Source: Acholeplasmataceae bacterium
GTDB taxonomy: Bacteria > Bacillota_I > Bacilli_A > Acholeplasmatales > Acholeplasmataceae
DNA: 64,000 bases
Direction of reading: 5' to 3'
NCBI GenBank assembly: GCA_963675245.1
Contig: OY775910.1
Location: 1,024,001-1,088,000 of the forward strand
The position numbers and the translations under genes were made by a program. The notes beneath the pieces were generated by a model. That model saw nothing but the letters and a program-made list of their open reading frames with translations, ran no database searches and had not been told where the DNA came from. This document shows positions 63,914 to 64,000 of this stretch, piece by piece; the stretch's first letter is position 1; each line of letters begins with the position of its first letter.

Positions 63914-64000
63914 ATGAAAGGGCTTATTGTGTTTAGTGATCGCATGGAAGATGTCGAAGCTTTGGCAACACGTGCTCTACTCGTACGTGCTGGTATTGAA
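63914..64000 (+). CDS. DJ-1/PfpI-family protein, 5' part (truncated by window edge)
   Basis: MKGLIVFSDRMEDVEALATRALLVRAGIE resembles the DJ-1/YajL N-terminus (FE..E......L.RAG); RBS AAGGAG. Confidence 0.7.
   Translation, partial: MKGLIVFSDRMEDVEALATRALLVRAGIE

Overview
Mostly housekeeping chromosome of an AT-rich, Firmicutes-derived bacterium using the standard genetic code (TGA stops, TGG for Trp). The 16S 3' end (GGTATCCCTACGGGAACGTGGGG), the short ~109-nt 5S, the gene set and the absence of cell-wall genes in the window suggest an Acholeplasmatales-type Mollicute; this is an inference. Contents: sufU-sufB, a trypsin-like lipoprotein pair, msmX, comK-like, pgk/ptsH/tpiA, a small AT-rich insert with an IS3-like end, rpsD, thiI, def, ylbF/ylbG, rpsP-khpA-rimM-trmD-rplS, ccpA-like, T-box-controlled tyrS and trpS, pepF, spx, gap, ung, THF riboswitch-folT, trmFO-xerC-nudix-dut, rpsB-tsf-pyrH-frr-uppS-cdsA-dxr-rseP, one rRNA operon plus tRNA-Asn, an esterase, oppBCDFA, a membrane pyrophosphatase, a P1B-4 ATPase, udk and mtnN. 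Two things stand out. (1) At 27.9-32.8 kb a GEMM-I cyclic-dinucleotide riboswitch with A at Vc2 position 20 (the cGAMP-associated variant) and a readable ON-switch terminator/antiterminator platform precedes three SipW-type (TasA/CalY-like) secreted proteins, one with eight CBM5/12-like repeats, then one active and two apparently dead SipW-like peptidases. This is a candidate TasA-like fibre/biofilm system in a probably wall-less cell. (2) The OppA at 56.1-57.8 kb appears circularly permuted. All calls come from reading motifs by eye; no database searches were run.
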